Notes under the pieces: generated by a model | What the model saw: only the letters and a program-made list of their open reading frames with translations | What the model was told of the DNA's origin: nothing | The model's database searches: none | Position numbers and translations under genes: made by a program | From: Ramazzottius varieornatus | Lineage: Eukaryota > Animalia > Tardigrada | Length of the DNA stretch: 64,000 nucleotides | Direction: 5' to 3' | Assembly: GCA_001949185.1 (NCBI GenBank) | Contig: BDGG01000003.1 | Span: 2,649,158 to 2,713,157, forward strand | Shown here: positions 59,481-64,000 of the stretch, in pieces | Layout: each line of letters opens with the position of its first letter | How positions within the stretch are numbered: position 1 is the stretch's first letter

Positions 59481-62125
59481 TCACGAACTCTTCCATCTTA
59501 GATCACAGCCAATCGCTAAATGATCAGAAGGAAAAACGACCGACGGTATGGCGACATGCCTTGAGAGCTCTTCTACACTCGGTACCGGGATGACGGAAGA
59601 GGTCTCGAACGAATTAACATCAGCGTAGATCCAGTCGATCGCCGCTTTGAAATTCGGCACGAAGTTCGTGTGGGGTAGTTCGCCACACGCGCTGTACAGT
59701 TTGAACGGATGACTTAGCGCCAACCGTACGAATTCATCCTCCTCCTTGCAAACTAAAAACACACGATGTAAATCTTCATCCACACGCACAAAATAAAGAC
59801 ACATGTTTATTACGAAAGAAGAAACGGGCTTACATTGGCTCCAGTCGGAATAGTCTTCGGCAATCTGTCCTGTCCTCAGGAAGTTATGGACACCCCAACC
59901 GGAAGTGCTGTTGAGATCGCCACACAAAACTACTGCTGGCTCGCTGGACGTCTTTAGTTCGGTCTTTACCATCCTTATGACTTCTTCCAGATGCCGCATT
60001 ATCACTGCCATCTGCAAAGAAGTGTTGATACTTGCCATCAAACTGACTGGAACATCCAAATCAATTTCACCATCAACACAACATTGAGACATAAACCGAT
60101 CACGAAACACTTCAAATGGGAGTGATGAAACCAACCTGGATAAGCCGAACGTGCGGGAACTGCGGTCGAAACCATAGATGAGTATTTGCGACCACCACTA
60201 TTCGCGAAGACTCCTCGGGCGAGCGGAGAACTGTCACCTAAAAGCCCACAACATAAAACAACATTACATCACAGTCTCAACAAAACAAGAGGACATCGTT
60301 GCACCTGCAGTGGAGTCGCACGAGCTACCATGGTGTCCTTCAGCTTGTCCTTCTCCTTAATCTTGTCCGCCAACGAAGCGAAAAGCGGGTTCTCGAACAG
60401 GGATTCGGAAACTGCGATGTCGTGTCGACTAAACAGCTCAAACTTGTCAGTTCGATAAAAGGTTACCACGCCTTCCGCGATGTTGCCTTTCTTCGACAGG
60501 AGAACACCTTCAAAGCCTTTTCTTCTGAACTGCCTATCAAAGTATCTGCTGAACAGTTTAGTGTCGACTTCCTGAAGGCACACTAAGTCAGCGTTGTAGC
60601 CAGAAATCTCATCCACGAGGAGCTGCCTCCTATAGTCGCTCTTCATGAACTCTGGCGGACAGTAGGGAAAGAGATCCTTGAGACTGCTTTCTTGGTCGGC
60701 GTAGACATCGGCTAGTATGTTGTAGGATATTACACGGAAGCTGTGAAAAAATCAGATAATCCGGGGTCAGATTAGTAGACTGGACGAACTGTTTATGCAC
60801 AAAATCCGACTATCTTCACATACCTGCATACTTCATGCTTTTTTTAGTATTCACGTGTATGCAGGTGTATGCTTCTCTCCTACGAAACTCGATGCTCGTA
60901 CCTTCCACGTTCAGCTCGATGTTTGCAAACTTCGTGGCGTTGTCGATAAGGTACCGGTTCCGGCAAGGCTTCTGCAACCAGGTTCTTTGAAACAGTGGTG
61001 TACACTTCCCCCACAACGCCGTCTCTGATGGGGAAGCATACGAGGCCGACTAACGTTCCAACGTCCGTCAGAGCTGGTCTCCATTCACGATTCACAGACA
61101 CGATCTGCCATACTCCGGGAGGCTTCATCTTTTCCGCGATCGCTCTCTTGACAGCGGAGAGTGAGATGGGCAAGCTGGCTGCTGTCCGTAAGACTTCTGG
61201 CTAACAAGGACAAAATGATAAGAAAACAAGAGTCACCATTAATCAAACTGCATAGAGGAGAAACAGCTGAGTCGGCCACCTCACGTCAGTGTGGTTCTAT
61301 GATGTCACTGCGGAGAGAATCCGAGAGATCGAGCAGATGGCCGATTCAATCTGTTTCCCCTCATACTCAACAACAACAGCTAAAATAATTAGGTTCTACA
61401 CTTACGGGTATTTCATCGTGGGCGTTCTTCACTCCAATTGCATGTTTGATCCATACGAAGAACGCTTCATCCTCGTCAGCGAACTCGAAATCGAGCTGAT
61501 AGTCGATCGGAAATTCTGGCAGTATATGAGAAGTGATCTTGCCACTTATCACGGTTGGAGGGTTCACCACAACTTGGTACTCTTCTTGATCCAAGACGAG
61601 CACCGCTCCATCATTCCATGCCAAAGCGTTGGGAATATGAGGTGATACGGCCGTTTCTTCCTGCATAAGAGCAACTGTGATCGAAGGGGGAACGATGGGC
61701 TGCATAGATGCTTCAGCCGCGACAATTTCTTCCGGCGTAGCTCGACCGCTTTCTGAGTCCTTCTTCAGCGTCTTCCGGCCTTTCTGATGTTGCTTACTCA
61801 ATTGTCGTTGTACAATCTTTGAACTGAGATTCTGAGCTATCCTGTCCAGTGTCTTGCCGACGGTTTCGTCTTTGAGGCGATGAAAGTTGAATATCTTTGG
61901 CTTCATGCCTGGCGTCGAAGTGGTGTTTCCGAAGCGCAGACTCAAGTCCACTGTGTTCTCGGTTGGCACGTTCCGAACGCAGACTCGTCGAGCGTTCAGC
62001 TGGCTGTCCAGGCGTTCGGGCATGCTGAAACGAGTGCGGTGCCGGACACAGGAGATGGAAGGTGACCACACGCGAGGATGACTTGGAATCACACCACAGA
62101 TCCAGCCCTGAAGAAATCTCACCAT
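59481..62125 (-). CDS. PDE12: 2',5'-phosphodiesterase 12 (CCR4/EEP family, mitochondrial deadenylase)
   Basis: FRVISYNILADVYA; LFPYCP; YNADLVCLQEVD; LCGDLNS; IDWI; AIPSVVFPSDHLAI; N-terminal R..DETVGKTLDRI and VVVNPP. Confidence 0.92.
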
Positions 62126-62273
62126 TTCGTCCACGCTGCACAGTCCCACCGGGAACGACGCGAAGTGCTCTCCAGGCTCCTAGAGTTTTGACAGTCGCAA
62201 CAAAGAAATGTGGAACGGTCGAACCCACACTGACGTGAACGTCGTGAAGCTACTGGACTACGTGTACTTTATG

Positions 62274-62530
62274 TAGAGACTGCTAGTAGGAGCGCACTAG
62301 CAGAGTGCCTCCGAACAGCTGGCTGCTTCGCTGCTCGTTCGCGAAGCCATAGCACGCACTACGGTACTAGCACAATTCGCTACGCACAAGAATATTATGA
62401 CATCATGATCATAGGAACAAGTTCGTCTCGTAAGCGCTGTGTTTAAAGAGTCGCACAAATTTTACATATGATATGACAATGCTCTTGTGCGTATCGAATT
62501 GTGCTAGTGCGCTTTCGCTCGCAATCTCTA
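62274..62530. mobile_element. MITE, inverted copy of the family at 39355-39535
   Basis: Right end CTAGTGCGCTTTCGCTCGCAATCTCTA is the reverse complement of 39355 onward; degenerate left end TAGAGACTGCTAGTAGGAGCGCACTAG. Confidence 0.75.
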
Positions 62531-62835
62531 TAATTAAGTTTTATTACGCACTTCTTTCCTATGTCCACACTCTGGATGCTAATACTGTATTGTTTTGGTC
62601 ATGTCATGTCATGCTGCCTTCGGTTTGAGTGTCTGAAACCACCAGGACCACCACAAAAACCCGCGTTCGAGAAGAAACGATACTACAGTTACAGTAGCAT
62701 TCTTCGACAAAAACTGTGCAAGATAGGAATGTAAGACCAAAAAAAGCTCGGACGAAAAAAACATTTTCTCCTCAGACACGACGTGCCAGTTGGATGTCTT
62801 TGGGCATGATTGGTCACTCGCTGGGTATAAGTCGC

Positions 62836-63475
62836 TTATAACTGGAAGGTGTGCGGCTGTTCCCACTGATCGCTCACATCCTCGTGCGCGGCGTCGTCGT
62901 TGACGATTTGGAACGACGGTATTGGGCTATCTTCCTCCATTTTAACCACCTTCAACAAGCTTTCGAGTTCAAACTGCTGGAACTCCAGTGCTGCCGGTTG
63001 AGGTCTGCTGTTTCTCCATCTTCTCGCATACTCAAACAACGCGCAGAGAAACAAGACACCTACAACGGACCCACAGATGGCTGCAGTGCAGCTAAGTGGG
63101 TTCTTTGCGCAGAAGCTGGGCGGTTGTTTGGTCTTCTCTGCAAACCGAGAGGAATTGTTGGCGGGCGTTCCGTTGGAAGGAACCACCGCAGTCACATCAC
63201 TGATCTTCTTCGCGGCTTGACTGGAGGGATCTGTCTTGGTGTAGTAGTTCAGGCTGGTGTTGCGGAATGAAGAACTGTTCACGTAGGGTTTGTGGTCGGG
63301 AAAGTAGGCAGAAATTTCATGGCTGTCATCTAGAAGAACACGAAGATTTTGGTATGAAGATTATGGAATATGGATGAGGGAAGATTAATCGCTTACCGTC
63401 GATCACTTCCGCGAAGAGTGCTGTTGCCGAACAGCTGAGAAGAACAAAAGTCCACATGATACTAAGGCGCGCCAT
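62836..63475 (-). CDS. Small orphan type-I single-pass membrane protein, 2 coding exons
   Basis: Signal MARLSIMWTFVLLSCSATALFA splices in phase to an exon with several N-x-S/T sites, TM AAICGSVVGVLFLCALF and stop-transfer RRWR. Confidence 0.7.
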
Positions 63476-64000
63476 CTTCTCGATCCAGCTTATCCTGCGG
63501 AAGGAGAACCAGCCCAGGGGATGAAAGATATCACACTGCTAGGAAATTCTATACTACCTGCAATGAGGAGAGTGAGGTCCGGACCAAACTTCCAGAATGA
63601 ATTACGCAAAATTATTTCAAAAAGTTTGAGAAGCATGGTCTCGGTCTGGAAGACTGGCGGGAGGCGTAGTCACGACTGTCGTGCTTGGTGACTGGTGAGA
63701 AATGAACACAAGAAACGGACACCGGTCACCCCTCTTTTGTTGTTACAGGATCCATTCCGGACTGAACCATGACAAGGTCCACAACGACCACATTGAGGGT
63801 CAGAAATAGACGCATCAGTCTTGATATTCATTCCACAACAGAGAGAAACAACCAGCTTGGTATGAACTGCAAAGGAAAGCACTTCAAACCATCTCTGCAA
63901 GCAAGGGACAACAATTTTAACGGGTGTGTAGACGATATACCCAAATCGATGACGCAAAATTACGATGGTTAATCGTCCACTTACCATTTGTATTCTACCT

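Overview
Eukaryotic (animal) genomic DNA from a very compact, gene-dense genome: about 24 protein-coding loci in 64 kb, mostly 50-250 bp GT-AG introns, and many head-to-head gene pairs. This fits a small-genome invertebrate such as a tardigrade, but that is inference only. In order, the window holds: a nested transposon (DD35D pogo inside a Mutator-like non-autonomous element), a somatostatin/allatostatin-C-type GPCR, SMARCD, CDK5 (foldback element in an intron), a five-copy WAP/four-disulfide-core peptide cluster (3 intact, 2 decayed), LanC-like 3, COPS2, ATG5, VPS25, BLM RecQ helicase, TRAPPC1, a BARD1-type tandem-BRCT protein with no visible RING or ankyrins, a second transposon nest, FDX2, MAK16, PSMB6, MCEE, GINS1, ATP synthase subunit e, NDUFB5, SRPRB, GTF2F1, an orphan secreted precursor-like protein, PDE12 and an orphan type-I membrane protein. 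The most notable unexplained signal is an ~85-bp palindromic element, CAAGTGGCGCACG-N22/23-CGTGCGCCACTTG. It occurs five times, always in introns, and three copies sit in consecutive introns of the BLM helicase core. Gene models were spliced by eye and family calls come from remembered motifs; no searches were run.
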